The notes under the pieces were generated by a model. It saw nothing but the letters and a program-made list of their open reading frames with translations, made no database searches and was not told the origin of the DNA. A program made the position numbers and the translations under genes. From an uncultured Bacteroidales bacterium (GTDB taxonomy: Bacteria; Bacteroidota; Bacteroidia; Bacteroidales; UBA10428), in NCBI GenBank assembly GCA_964406315.1, contig CAYORG010000008.1:12796-76795 (forward strand): a stretch of 64,000 nt of DNA, read 5' to 3'. This document shows, piece by piece, positions 29,134 through 39,492 of the stretch (the stretch's first letter is position 1; the number at the start of each line of letters is the position of its first letter).

Positions 29134-29652
29134 ATGAACAAAATAGTATTGATCATATGTTCTATTGCTTTATGTATTGACTTTGCATGCATTGAAACAG
29201 AGCCTGTATCGCCAGAACCTGAAATTACTTTTGAAAGCCTGGAAGGCTTTCTTGGTTATGATTCTCTGGGTAATCTGAAAACAATAGGCAAACTGGTATT
29301 CTCATTTGTTGACGGCGATGCAGACATCGGGATGTATAGAGAAAGCATTATTTATGATAGTACAGGATGGGATGAGAGGAATTACAATGTTTTTCTTTTT
29401 CCTTATGTAAAAATTGATACCAACTATTTTTTTCTTGAACCAGATTCATCTTTACCACCTCCTTATTTCACAATATGGCACCATGATAATCTAGATAGAG
29501 TTGGTCAGAACAAAACTGTTAAAGGAACAATTACTATTACTCTTGAAGACTTACCTCCTTATGATACTGTCAGGTTTGATTTCTTCATACGTGACAGAGC
29601 CGGACATGACAGCAACATTGAAGCCACAACAGATCTGAGCAAAATAAAATAA
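29134..29652 (+). CDS. Hypothetical lipoprotein
   Basis: Signal MNKIVLIICSIALCIDFAC. No recognisable domain. Begins 5 nt after der. Confidence 0.5.
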   Translation: MNKIVLIICSIALCIDFACIETEPVSPEPEITFESLEGFLGYDSLGNLKTIGKLVFSFVDGDADIGMYRESIIYDSTGWDERNYNVFLFPYVKIDTNYFFLEPDSSLPPPYFTIWHHDNLDRVGQNKTVKGTITITLEDLPPYDTVRFDFFIRDRAGHDSNIEATTDLSKIK

Positions 29653-29654
29653 AC

Positions 29655-31649
29655 TTATCTGGTGTCATAATCCGTTGTAAGCACTTTAAATTCTGTACGA
29701 CGATTCAGAAAATGTGCAAGTTCCTGCAAATCTTCATCCTCAATTGAGTTTATATATGCTTCTGTTAGAACCTGTCCTTCGGGAATGAAAGGATATGCTT
29801 CATGATCTCTTTTATCCACAACTTTGGGTTGAGTTTCACCATATCCTTTTGAAATCAGTCTGTCCTGCTTGATCCCTTTACTGATCAGGTAATTCACCAC
29901 TGATTGAGCCCTGCGATTCGACAGATCAAGGTTGAAATCATTGTTCCCTCTATTGTCGGTATGCGAACCAAGTTCGATAGTAATATTCGGATTGTCATTC
30001 AGTGTTTCTACAAGTTTATCAAGTGAGACGGTTGATTCGGGACGAAGAACATCACTGGCAAAGTCAAAGAATATATTGTCGATCCGAATTACTTCATCTA
30101 TTGGTGGTAAATAAATGGTTGTTGAAAAGTCAGTACTTGATTCCCTGTTTTTTGTGGTTTCCCGTTCTTTACCCTTTAAGAATCCCTTTTTTTCAGCCAG
30201 AAATACATAATCAGTACCCGGTTTGAGCATAAATTTAAAGGTGCCTTCATTATCAGTTTCTGTTTCAAGAGTTATACCATCACTACTTATTGATTTTATG
30301 TTTGCTTCTTCAATGGGATCATCTGTATTTTCATTTTTAACAATTCCTGTGATGGTAAATTTCAAAGGCGGTAACATGAACATGTATAAATCATCACTTT
30401 TCCCTTTCCTTGCAGAACTGAGAAACCCGGCTTCCCGATTTGACTCGAAACAAATCCCAAAATCGTCGGAAGATGAATTCACAGGATACTTCATGTTCCC
30501 GATTTCCCAGTTTCCTCCTGCTAAAGGCTTCGCCTTAAAAATGTCAAGGCCTCCCATTCCTATATGTCCGTTCGAGGAAAAATACAAGGTCCCATCCGGA
30601 TGCATATAGGGAAATAATTCATCTCCCGGAGTGTTTATCGGTTCTCCGATATTCACCGGTGAGCTCCATTCATCAGAAATATCCGCGCGTGTAGCTCTCC
30701 AAATATCTTTGCTATTCTTCCCATACGAATTTTTAATGCTCCCGTTCATATCAGAAACAAAGTACATGGTAAGTTCATCAGAAGTGAGTGTTGGATGAGC
30801 AATTACTATACTATCTTCTGCCAGGTTAACCGATTCGGGTTTTTCCCAGCTCTCTCCTCTTCTTTTGCTTACATATATCTGGCAACCCATTGTTTTGTTT
30901 TTGCTTATTTCGCATCTGGTAAAATACATGGAGCTATAATCACTGGTAATAAATGGTGTACCTTCCTCGTTCTCTGAGTTTATTTCTTCTGATAAAGGAA
31001 TTGGTGTACTCCATTTTCCTTTTCTATCCATGGATGATTCGAAAATATCTGCAAAGTTATCTCCGGTTCCGCCGTGTTCTTTTTTCCCAAACGTTTCTTC
31101 TCTTGTAGAAGTAAAATAAACCAGTCTGTAATCCTCGCGAGCAAAAGAAGGACTATAATCACTCATTTTTGAATTGAAGAATTTCATTTCTTCTACAACA
31201 TATCCATTAGGAAATTCCATCCATTCAAGGGCCAGATCGCAGGAAAGCACACCATCAGTTGCACGCGCATCATTTGGGACAAGTTCCTTATAATTGCCGT
31301 ATTGCAATTTAGCTTCCTCGTATTCACCGAGCATTTTCAACATGTCCGCATAATACAGCACTGCTATAGGATCTTCATAATTTCTTGAAATAACTTTCCT
31401 GTACCACATAGCTGCTTGCTTCGGATCATTTATGCGCCTGTAACAATCGGCTATGAAATACGTAATGCGTACTTTTTCTTTTTTATCAGTGATTTTCTGA
31501 TAAGCATCTTTGAAAATATCAATCGCCTGATAATATTCCCCTGCATTATATGTGTCGTATGCCCTTTGAAGTCTTTTGTTTTGAGAATATGATTGAATCG
31601 TTACCAGGAAAATAAGGCTTATAGTCATTAATATTGTCGGAATTCTCAT
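29655..31649 (-). CDS. OmpA-family protein with N-terminal TPR, PD40/TolB-like beta-propeller repeats and CarboxypepD_reg-like domain
   Basis: Signal peptide. TPR (YNAGEYYQAIDIFKDAY...). Repeated (M/L)YF(T/V/S)S motifs. C-terminal OmpA_C (NIFFDFASDVLRPES...IELGSHTDNRGNNDFNLDLSNRRAQSVVNYL). Confidence 0.8.
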   Translation of the reverse strand: MRIPTILMTISLIFLVTIQSYSQNKRLQRAYDTYNAGEYYQAIDIFKDAYQKITDKKEKVRITYFIADCYRRINDPKQAAMWYRKVISRNYEDPIAVLYYADMLKMLGEYEEAKLQYGNYKELVPNDARATDGVLSCDLALEWMEFPNGYVVEEMKFFNSKMSDYSPSFAREDYRLVYFTSTREETFGKKEHGGTGDNFADIFESSMDRKGKWSTPIPLSEEINSENEEGTPFITSDYSSMYFTRCEISKNKTMGCQIYVSKRRGESWEKPESVNLAEDSIVIAHPTLTSDELTMYFVSDMNGSIKNSYGKNSKDIWRATRADISDEWSSPVNIGEPINTPGDELFPYMHPDGTLYFSSNGHIGMGGLDIFKAKPLAGGNWEIGNMKYPVNSSSDDFGICFESNREAGFLSSARKGKSDDLYMFMLPPLKFTITGIVKNENTDDPIEEANIKSISSDGITLETETDNEGTFKFMLKPGTDYVFLAEKKGFLKGKERETTKNRESSTDFSTTIYLPPIDEVIRIDNIFFDFASDVLRPESTVSLDKLVETLNDNPNITIELGSHTDNRGNNDFNLDLSNRRAQSVVNYLISKGIKQDRLISKGYGETQPKVVDKRDHEAYPFIPEGQVLTEAYINSIEDEDLQELAHFLNRRTEFKVLTTDYDTR

Positions 31650-31880
31650 ATCAGGTATGCTTAGTATGATTTGTGTAAAATTAACTTAAAATGTCTAATA
31701 TAAAGAAATGAAATAACTAACAGCTATCTCATTAACTTAATTATTTATGAATTATTATTTTTCATTTCATAAGAAATGCCAATTATCTGACTACAAATTT
31801 TTATTTAAATCAATCCATACTCTGATTATTTCTTGCTGTAATTTATTAACTTGAGATTTTTCACTTAAACCAATACAGAA

Positions 31881-32492
31881 TTGGAAAAAATAGTATTCGT
31901 CATACTTGCTGTTATCCTGGTTATTTCCGGAATATTCTTCCTGTTATTCTTGAATTCAGAACGCAAATTGAATATTTCTCACTACTGGAAAGCTAAAAAA
32001 ACCAACTATTTACTTGATGAAAAAACCAGAAAGGAATTTCAAAAGAATGAATTAAAAATTAAATCATTCAAACAACTTTTAGAAATTGTTTTATCATTTC
32101 GGAACAATGCACAGAAAGGATTGAATGAACTCAAAAATATACTCCGGCACCATGCAAAGAAGACAAATATCAACGAAGATGATCTGGCAATTCTGAAGAA
32201 AATAGGTGCTGATATTCAAATTATGAAAAATAAACTCATTCGTTTTACATCAGATAAGAATGATATACTTTCCGATGACATAAAAACCACAACGGAAATT
32301 TTAATGAAAAAAATGAATATTTATACACTTTGTTTACAAAACATCCTTGAAGCCTCTGATGCAATGCTAAAAAACATAGAATTTTTCTCCCATGAAGTAC
32401 AAACAATGGAATCCAATTACAAGGATATTATTGAAATTCATACCCGACTTATCAGATTATTTCAGGACAATTTCACTGAAACCGACACTTAA
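31881..32492 (+). CDS. Hypothetical single-pass membrane protein, helical/coiled-coil
   Basis: TTG start. TM helix IVFVILAVILVISGIFFLLFL, then a K/E/N-rich helical region. No family recognised. Confidence 0.4.
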   Translation: MEKIVFVILAVILVISGIFFLLFLNSERKLNISHYWKAKKTNYLLDEKTRKEFQKNELKIKSFKQLLEIVLSFRNNAQKGLNELKNILRHHAKKTNINEDDLAILKKIGADIQIMKNKLIRFTSDKNDILSDDIKTTTEILMKKMNIYTLCLQNILEASDAMLKNIEFFSHEVQTMESNYKDIIEIHTRLIRLFQDNFTETDT

Positions 32493-32525
32493 AAAGCTTT
32501 AAGGCCTCAATTTAAAAAGTCTTTT

Positions 32526-32533
32526 TATATTTG
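32526..32533 (+). promoter_or_regulatory. -7 box TATATTTG upstream of the symporter-GH130 unit
   Basis: Exact TAnnTTTG, 39 nt before the ATG at 32572. Confidence 0.45.
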
Positions 32534-32571
32534 GGCCTCAATATTTCAGGCAATTAAAAGCAAAGCATGAG

Positions 32572-34404
32572 ATGAAATTAAGAATCCTGGATATTTCAAT
32601 CATTACACTTTACCTCCTCTCAACAATTGTTATTGGTTTGGTTCTTAAAAAACGTGCACAGGCAAATAAATCTGCTTATTTGCTTGGAGGCAAAACCCTT
32701 CCATGGTATATGCTCGGATTATCAAATGCATCCGGTATGTTTGATATATCAGGAACAATGTGGTTAGTAACCTTAGCGTTTGTTTACGGTTTAAAAAGTA
32801 TCTGGATACCATGGCTTTGGCCAATATTTAATCAGGTTTTCTTAATGGTTTTTTTATCCATATGGTTAAGAAGATCGAATGTAACTACCGGGGCTGAATG
32901 GATCCGTACAAGATTCGGACGCAACTTCGGAAGCAAATTATCACATAATATCGTTGTGGTATTTGCCCTGATTATGTGTCTGGGTTACCTTGCCTATGGA
33001 TTTATCGGCCTGGGCAAATTCATAGAAATATTTATTCCCTGGGAAGTAATATCTCCCTATATGCCTTTTTCATTGCCTGCATCATACGTACCTCATTTTT
33101 ATGGAATAATCTTTACGTTATTTGCGGTTTTTTATTCCGTACTTGGTGGTATGACTAGCATAGTGTGGGCTGATGTTGTTCAGTATTCGATTATGACAAT
33201 CTCTTCAGTTGCCATAGCAGTAATTGCGATGATAGCGCTTTCGGGGAATACCCTGGTAGTACCTCCCGGATGGGAGAATCCTTTTTTTGGCTGGAAACTC
33301 ACTCTCGACTGGAACAGGATCATCCCTGAAGTGAATGATAAAATCGCCAGTGACGGTTATTCATTGTTTACCGTATTTTTTATGATGATGTTATTCAAAG
33401 GCATACTGGTAAGTATGGCCGGGCCGGCTCCGAATTATGACATGCAAAAAATACTTTCAACCAGGTCACCGGCTGAAGCTGCCAAAATGAGCGGTTTTGT
33501 TTCAGTAATTCTGATGCCGGTTCGTTATCTTATGATCTCCGGATTTGCTGTTCTCGGACTTCTTTTTTATGAAAAGCTTGACCTCATTGCAGGAGGAAGA
33601 ATTGATTTTGAGCAGGTACTTCCATCCGCAATAAACGAATTTGTCCCGGTTGGCCTGCTTGGATTATTGCTCGCAGGTTTGCTCGCTGCATTCATGTCTA
33701 CATTTGCCGGAACTCTGAATGCTGCTCAGGCTTATCTTGTAAATGACATCTATCTGAAATACATAAACCCGGAAGCCACGAACAAACAAATCAGTTTTTC
33801 CAACTACTCAACCGGAATCATTGTCGTTGTGATCAGTATTATTTTCGGAATTTTTGCCCTTGATGTGAACAGCATACTTCAATGGATCGTATCAGCGCTT
33901 TACGGAAGCTATGTAGCTTCCAACGTTTTAAAATGGTATTGGTGGCGATTCAATGGACATGGATTTTTCTGGGGAATGGTAGCAGGCATAGTTCCCGCAC
34001 TGGTTTTTCCTTATGTATTTGCTGAAACTCTTGATTTGTATTATTTTCCTCTGATCCTTGTTGTATCAATTCTTGGATGTATCATTGGAACGTATACGGC
34101 ACCTCCGACAGACGAACAAACCCTCAAAGACTTTTACCGGCAGGTAAGACCCTGGGGATTCTGGAAACCCATAAAAGCGCTGGTGGAAAAAGAAGATCCA
34201 CAATTCAGTCCAAACAAGAACTTTGGCAGAGACATGCTGAATGTTATCCTTGGTACTGTAATCCAAACCAGTCTTGTAGCATTGCCTATCTATGTTGTCT
34301 TGATGAGAAAGAACTGGATCTTGTTTTTCGCCGGACTTATTATTATACTTGGTGCAATTATGAAAAAAACCTGGTGGGATAGATTAAAATCCATTGAAAA
34401 TTAA
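32572..34404 (+). CDS. Sodium:solute symporter (SSF) family transporter
   Basis: 610 aa, about 14 TM helices, N-terminal pattern [37 protein letters not shown]. Confidence 0.85.
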   Translation: MKLRILDISIITLYLLSTIVIGLVLKKRAQANKSAYLLGGKTLPWYMLGLSNASGMFDISGTMWLVTLAFVYGLKSIWIPWLWPIFNQVFLMVFLSIWLRRSNVTTGAEWIRTRFGRNFGSKLSHNIVVVFALIMCLGYLAYGFIGLGKFIEIFIPWEVISPYMPFSLPASYVPHFYGIIFTLFAVFYSVLGGMTSIVWADVVQYSIMTISSVAIAVIAMIALSGNTLVVPPGWENPFFGWKLTLDWNRIIPEVNDKIASDGYSLFTVFFMMMLFKGILVSMAGPAPNYDMQKILSTRSPAEAAKMSGFVSVILMPVRYLMISGFAVLGLLFYEKLDLIAGGRIDFEQVLPSAINEFVPVGLLGLLLAGLLAAFMSTFAGTLNAAQAYLVNDIYLKYINPEATNKQISFSNYSTGIIVVVISIIFGIFALDVNSILQWIVSALYGSYVASNVLKWYWWRFNGHGFFWGMVAGIVPALVFPYVFAETLDLYYFPLILVVSILGCIIGTYTAPPTDEQTLKDFYRQVRPWGFWKPIKALVEKEDPQFSPNKNFGRDMLNVILGTVIQTSLVALPIYVVLMRKNWILFFAGLIIILGAIMKKTWWDRLKSIEN

Positions 34405-34426
34405 TAGATCATTAATACAAAATATT

Positions 34427-35599
34427 ATGGAATCATTTGAAGATCAACTAAAAAAACTGAAGAACAGGTATGAATCAGTCATTAACAATCTCAACCAGCC
34501 AATGTTTGAGTCCAATGGCGTTATTCAACGATATAAATTTCCAATTCTTACAGCTAAACATATACCGATTCATTGGCGATATGACCTGAATCCCGAAACC
34601 AATCCCCTTCTGTTGGAACGAATAGGCATAAATGCAACTTTCAATGCTGGAGCAATAAAGATGAATAACAAGTATCTGCTTGTTGTACGAGTAGAGGCTG
34701 CTGACAGAAAATCATTCTTTGCAGTTGCTGAGAGTGAAAATGGGATCGGTAAATTTCGTTTCTGGGACAGACCCATAACTATGGCCGAAACAGAAGATCC
34801 GGATACCAATGTATATGATATGAGGCTTACGGAACACGAAGATGGTTGGATCTATGGATTATTTTGTACGGAACGTCATGACCCTGATGCACCGAAAGAA
34901 GACACCTCAGCTGCCGTAGCAAAATGCGGAATTGCGCGTACCAAAGATCTTTTAAGCTGGGAAAGGCTGCCTGATCTGATAAGCCATTCGGGGCAACAAA
35001 GAAATGTTGTTCTTCATCCTGAATTTGTCAATGGTAAGTATGCTTTATATACACGCCCCCAAGAGGGTTTTATTGATACAGGATCAGGAGGTGGCATTGG
35101 GTTTGGATTAACAGACAGCATGGAAAAAGCCGAAGTTCTGGAGGAACAAATCATCGATCCTAAAGTGTATCACACAATAACAGAAGTCAAAAACGGGCTT
35201 GGTCCTCCACCGGTTAAAACAGACAAAGGATGGTTGCAGCTGGCACATGGAGTCAGGAACACTGCTGCAGGTTTACGATATGTATTGTATGCTTTTTTGA
35301 CCGATTTGAAAGATCCGTCAAAAGTCATCCACCGACCGGGTGGTTATTTGATGGCCCCGGACAAAGTGGAAAGAATAGGCGATGTTTCCAATGTATTGTT
35401 TTCGAACGGCTGGATCTGCGATGATGATGGTACTATTTATATCTACTATGCAAGTTCGGATACACGCATGCATGTTGCAACCACAAGTGTTGAAAAAATG
35501 ATCGATTACTGTCAGAATACATCGGAAGATGGTTTGCGGTCTGCAAAAACGGTTGAAGCGATCAATACGCTTATTGATCATAATAAAAACTTATATTAA
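34427..35599 (+). CDS. GH130 beta-mannoside phosphorylase (4-O-beta-D-mannosyl-D-glucose phosphorylase-like, subfamily 1)
   Basis: [77 protein letters not shown] closely follows my recollection of Bacteroides fragilis BF0772 MGP. An alternative start at 34394 overlaps the symporter. Confidence 0.8.
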   Translation: MESFEDQLKKLKNRYESVINNLNQPMFESNGVIQRYKFPILTAKHIPIHWRYDLNPETNPLLLERIGINATFNAGAIKMNNKYLLVVRVEAADRKSFFAVAESENGIGKFRFWDRPITMAETEDPDTNVYDMRLTEHEDGWIYGLFCTERHDPDAPKEDTSAAVAKCGIARTKDLLSWERLPDLISHSGQQRNVVLHPEFVNGKYALYTRPQEGFIDTGSGGGIGFGLTDSMEKAEVLEEQIIDPKVYHTITEVKNGLGPPPVKTDKGWLQLAHGVRNTAAGLRYVLYAFLTDLKDPSKVIHRPGGYLMAPDKVERIGDVSNVLFSNGWICDDDGTIYIYYASSDTRMHVATTSVEKMIDYCQNTSEDGLRSAKTVEAINTLIDHNKNLY

Positions 35600-35671
35600 C
35601 GTAAGTTCGAAATATAACTCGCAATAGATCAATTATTTAAAATGAACATCTTAGTGTATCTTTGAGTTTTA

Positions 35672-35717
35672 GTGTTTTAGTGGCATAATTTCTTATTACT
35701 TCCTGCCACAAAAACAC
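35672..35717 (+). other. Hairpin downstream of GH130 and upstream of susC
   Basis: GTGTTTTAGTGGCA (35672-35685) pairs with TGCCACAAAAACAC (35704-35717), 13 of 14 positions, with an 18-nt loop. No T-run follows. Confidence 0.4.
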
Positions 35718-35922
35718 CAAGACAATAAAGGTTGTCTAAAAAGAAAATAAAATGATTAATTCTGATACTTATATCGAACTCACATTATATTAAGCTTTAT
35801 TTAAGTTCAAATCTGTTTTTGAATACGTAAACAGGGGATATGAATGGTCATTTAATGAGTATCAAATGATGAAAAATCACTCTATAATGTGACTTCTATG
35901 ATTGTTTTAATCTGAATTATGA

Positions 35923-35930
35923 TATATTTG
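35923..35930 (+). promoter_or_regulatory. -7 box TATATTTG, candidate susC promoter
   Basis: Exact TAnnTTTG, 267 nt before the susC ATG. A second match, TATCTTTG, lies at 35657-35664. Confidence 0.35.
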
Positions 35931-36196
35931 TTGTTACAAAAACATAAATATTACTTACCGGAGTATATTTATTCGATTTCTGTGTTTTGAACATCTGAAC
36001 ATAATATCAGGAATTTCAGCATAAATTTGAATGAATTAAAACACAAAGGTGAAAAAATATTTATCCCGTAAATTCAAATTCACATGAGTACCTGGACTCT
36101 TTCATTTCATAATAATCAGATTACTTTTTTTGAACAATCAACAATATAAATTATCAAGTTTAACTAACCTATAATTATTAACAACCCACAACTATT

Positions 36197-39100
36197 ATGA
36201 AAGAATCATTTAGTAAACAATTGAAAAATCTGTTTCTTATGAGTTTGATGATTTTCTGTACAAGTGCAATTTTTGCACAAAAGGGAATTATTAACGGTAC
36301 GGTTACAGATGCGAATGGTGATCCAATCATTGGAGCCAATGTCTATATTGAAGGTACGACTCAAGGTACCGTTAGTGATATAGATGGAAAATTTTCTTTG
36401 CCGGACATAACTGCCGGCTCAGTTCAGCTTTCAGTAAGTTTTATTGGCTATCTGACCGAAACACAAACAATTACTGTAGATGACGGTGTAAGTGTCGAAG
36501 CCAATTTTATGCTTATTGAAGATCTCCAGCAACTCTCGGAAGTTGTAGTGATCGGGTATGGTGTTCAGAAAAAGAGTGACCTGACCGGTGCTGTAGCTTC
36601 TGTAAGCAGTGAGGATCTCAACAAAGTTCCTTCCCAGGATATTAGTCAGGCCTTACAGGGACGTGCTGCCGGTGTTTATGTCATGGGTAATACAGGTGCT
36701 CCTGGTGCTAATACTGACATCCAAATTCGAGGAACAACTTCTATCAACCGAACTACGCCATTATGGATAATTGATGGTGTTCCGGCCGACCCAAAATCTG
36801 TAAATCAAGCTGATGTTGAGTCAATTGAGATTCTGAAGGATGCATCGGCAGGTGCAATTTATGGATCAAATGCTGCAAATGGTGTAATTTTAGTGACTAC
36901 AAAAAAAGGGAAAGCCGGTAAAAATCAGATCGACTTCAATGCATATTATGGAGTTCAACAGGTTTACAACTATGTTGATATTGCAGATGGTCCTCAGTTT
37001 GGAAGAGTTTTTACTGAATATGAGGCACTTCAGGGAATAGAAGATTTTTATTTTCCCAACCCTGATACCCTGCCAACTTTTGATTATCAAAAAAAGATCA
37101 CTCAGACGGCTCCCATGCAAAGTTATGACCTGAGTGTATCCGGAGGAAATGAGAACTCTACCTATTTCATTGGCTTTGGTTTCATGAAACAAGAAGGTGT
37201 TGTAAAAAGAACTTCTTATGACCGTATGTCTTTCAGAGCAAACTCTGAACACAAAGGAAATAAGTGGCTGACTGTGGGTGAGAATTTTTCGTTCACACGT
37301 CAAAAATTTGTTGGGTTTCATGAATGGCAATATTTTAATGAATATGAAGGTCCAATTCTCCCTTCTGTAACATTTCATAACTTTGTGCCTGTGTATGTAA
37401 ATCCTGACGGATCACCTGCTACAGAGAAAAACGATACAACTAACTGGAGTGGCGACCCCTTGTCAAATACTGTTAACCCGGTTGGTAGAGTTGATCTGAA
37501 AAATCAGGAATCTCAAACTTATCTTGCAAATGCAACGGCTTATTTAAAGATTCATCCTATAAAGGGTCTGGATTATGAGACCAGATTATCAGGAGGTTTC
37601 AAGTATACTGATGATGTAGAATTTACACCTGTATATTTTCTTACTCCAACAATCTTGAACAGTGATAGCAGGATTTACAGAGCTGCTTCACAGAATAAGA
37701 ACTGGCTTTGGCAACATATACTTTCTTATAATACTACTCTTTTTGAAGATCATAATATCCTGGCAATGGTAGGTTATGAAGCAGGTTGGGGAAGATACGA
37801 AACCATGAATGCCGAGCGTATGAACCTGATCAATGAAACACCTGAAATGTGGTATTTTGATGCAAGTACAAATACTGAAGCCGTATCCCAATTTCCAAAC
37901 GGTTATGCAAATGAAAGTAGTAGTTACTCTTATTTTGGCCGTTTGAACTATGATTTCAGAGGTATAGCGCTTGCTCAGTTTAATGTCAGGAAAGACTTTT
38001 CTTCAAAATTCGGACCCAAGAACCGTTCAGGTGTATTCCCATCGTTCTCTCTTGGTTATAAATTCAGCGAACATCTTCCCGATAATCCCATATTTAACTT
38101 CGGAAAAGTAAGATATGGATGGGGAAAAGTAGGAAACAATGCGATAGATGATTACGCTTATTATGCTACTATTGGAACAGCTCCGGTTTTTATGTATGCA
38201 TTTGATAATGGTACATCACCAATTGTAGGAGCAGCACCTGATAAGCTGGCCAATCCTCAGATTGGATGGGAAGCTGTGGTTACAAGTAATTTAGGAATTG
38301 ATATTGGCATGTTTAATAACAGATTATTCCTCACTGCAGATTATTTTGTAAGACGCAATGATGGTATGCTGATGGAAAAACAAGCTCCTTGGTATTATGG
38401 TTATGTTGTAAGAGATCCTGCCCAGGAAGGAGGGGTTGCAAATCCGATCATGAATATTGGTGAGTTGAAAAACAGTGGTATTGAAGTGAGTGCTTCCTGG
38501 AAAGACAATATTGGAAAATTTGGATACGGAATAAATGTAAACTTCACATATGTAAAAACAGAAGCTGTTGACTTGCCTGATACACTCAAAGAAGGTGGAA
38601 CCAAAGGTGTTGGAGGAACATTAACACAGACTATGACCGGCCAGCCTATTGGTGAGTATTACGGATATCAGACCGATGGTTTGTTTACCATGGATGATAT
38701 TGAAAGAGATGCTAACGGAGATCCTGTACTCACACCCAGAGGTACTTACATTGTTGTGAATCAGCCTTATATTATTAATGAAGAAGGAGAAACAGAATAT
38801 GCCCAGCCAAGAGCTCAACCCGGAGATTTTCGTTTTGTAGACGCTAACGGCGATGGCATGGTAAATCTTGATGATTACGTACCAATTGGGAATCCCAATC
38901 CAAAATATTTACTCGGTGTAACTATTGATCTGGAATACGGATGGTTTGATCTGTCAATGTTCTGGCAAGGTGCCTTCGGGCATAAAATCTGTAACACACA
39001 GAAATATTACCTGTACAATTTTGACGGTCAATATAACGTAGCCCCGGATTATGTAGATAACCATTATCGTCATGAAATTCTGGATGGAGAAGGAAACGTA

Positions 39101-39466
39101 TTGTTCCCGGCTAATTATAATGCAACTTACCCAAGGTTAGATCCTTCGAATGCAAATGAAAACTTCACCAGGTTTTCTGATTTCTATATGGAAAATGGAT
39201 CTTATCTTAGACTTAAAAACCTTCAGATTGGTATGACCTTGCCAAAGGAATGGACAACTGTGGCAGGTATTGAACGATTAAGAATTTATTTCAGCGCTAC
39301 AAACCTGATTACGTTCACTAAATACTCAGGATTTGATCCGGAAATTGGTTCAAACAAAGATCCAAATTCAACAGATCAAAGAGAGGCTATATTGGTTAGA
39401 GGACTTGATAAAGGAGTTTACCCTCCATCTAGATTGTTCTCTGCCGGAATCAATTTAACCTTTTAA
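36197..39466 (+). CDS. SusC/RagA-family TonB-linked outer-membrane transporter
   Basis: 1089 aa. CarboxypepD_reg (GTVTDANGDPIIGANVYIEGTTQGTVSDIDGKFSL), TonB box/plug (EVVVIGYGVQKKSDLTGAV), C-terminal ...SAGINLTF. Confidence 0.92.
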   Translation: MKESFSKQLKNLFLMSLMIFCTSAIFAQKGIINGTVTDANGDPIIGANVYIEGTTQGTVSDIDGKFSLPDITAGSVQLSVSFIGYLTETQTITVDDGVSVEANFMLIEDLQQLSEVVVIGYGVQKKSDLTGAVASVSSEDLNKVPSQDISQALQGRAAGVYVMGNTGAPGANTDIQIRGTTSINRTTPLWIIDGVPADPKSVNQADVESIEILKDASAGAIYGSNAANGVILVTTKKGKAGKNQIDFNAYYGVQQVYNYVDIADGPQFGRVFTEYEALQGIEDFYFPNPDTLPTFDYQKKITQTAPMQSYDLSVSGGNENSTYFIGFGFMKQEGVVKRTSYDRMSFRANSEHKGNKWLTVGENFSFTRQKFVGFHEWQYFNEYEGPILPSVTFHNFVPVYVNPDGSPATEKNDTTNWSGDPLSNTVNPVGRVDLKNQESQTYLANATAYLKIHPIKGLDYETRLSGGFKYTDDVEFTPVYFLTPTILNSDSRIYRAASQNKNWLWQHILSYNTTLFEDHNILAMVGYEAGWGRYETMNAERMNLINETPEMWYFDASTNTEAVSQFPNGYANESSSYSYFGRLNYDFRGIALAQFNVRKDFSSKFGPKNRSGVFPSFSLGYKFSEHLPDNPIFNFGKVRYGWGKVGNNAIDDYAYYATIGTAPVFMYAFDNGTSPIVGAAPDKLANPQIGWEAVVTSNLGIDIGMFNNRLFLTADYFVRRNDGMLMEKQAPWYYGYVVRDPAQEGGVANPIMNIGELKNSGIEVSASWKDNIGKFGYGINVNFTYVKTEAVDLPDTLKEGGTKGVGGTLTQTMTGQPIGEYYGYQTDGLFTMDDIERDANGDPVLTPRGTYIVVNQPYIINEEGETEYAQPRAQPGDFRFVDANGDGMVNLDDYVPIGNPNPKYLLGVTIDLEYGWFDLSMFWQGAFGHKICNTQKYYLYNFDGQYNVAPDYVDNHYRHEILDGEGNVLFPANYNATYPRLDPSNANENFTRFSDFYMENGSYLRLKNLQIGMTLPKEWTTVAGIERLRIYFSATNLITFTKYSGFDPEIGSNKDPNSTDQREAILVRGLDKGVYPPSRLFSAGINLTF

Positions 39467-39492
39467 ATACCAACTCTAAATACTTTAATAAA

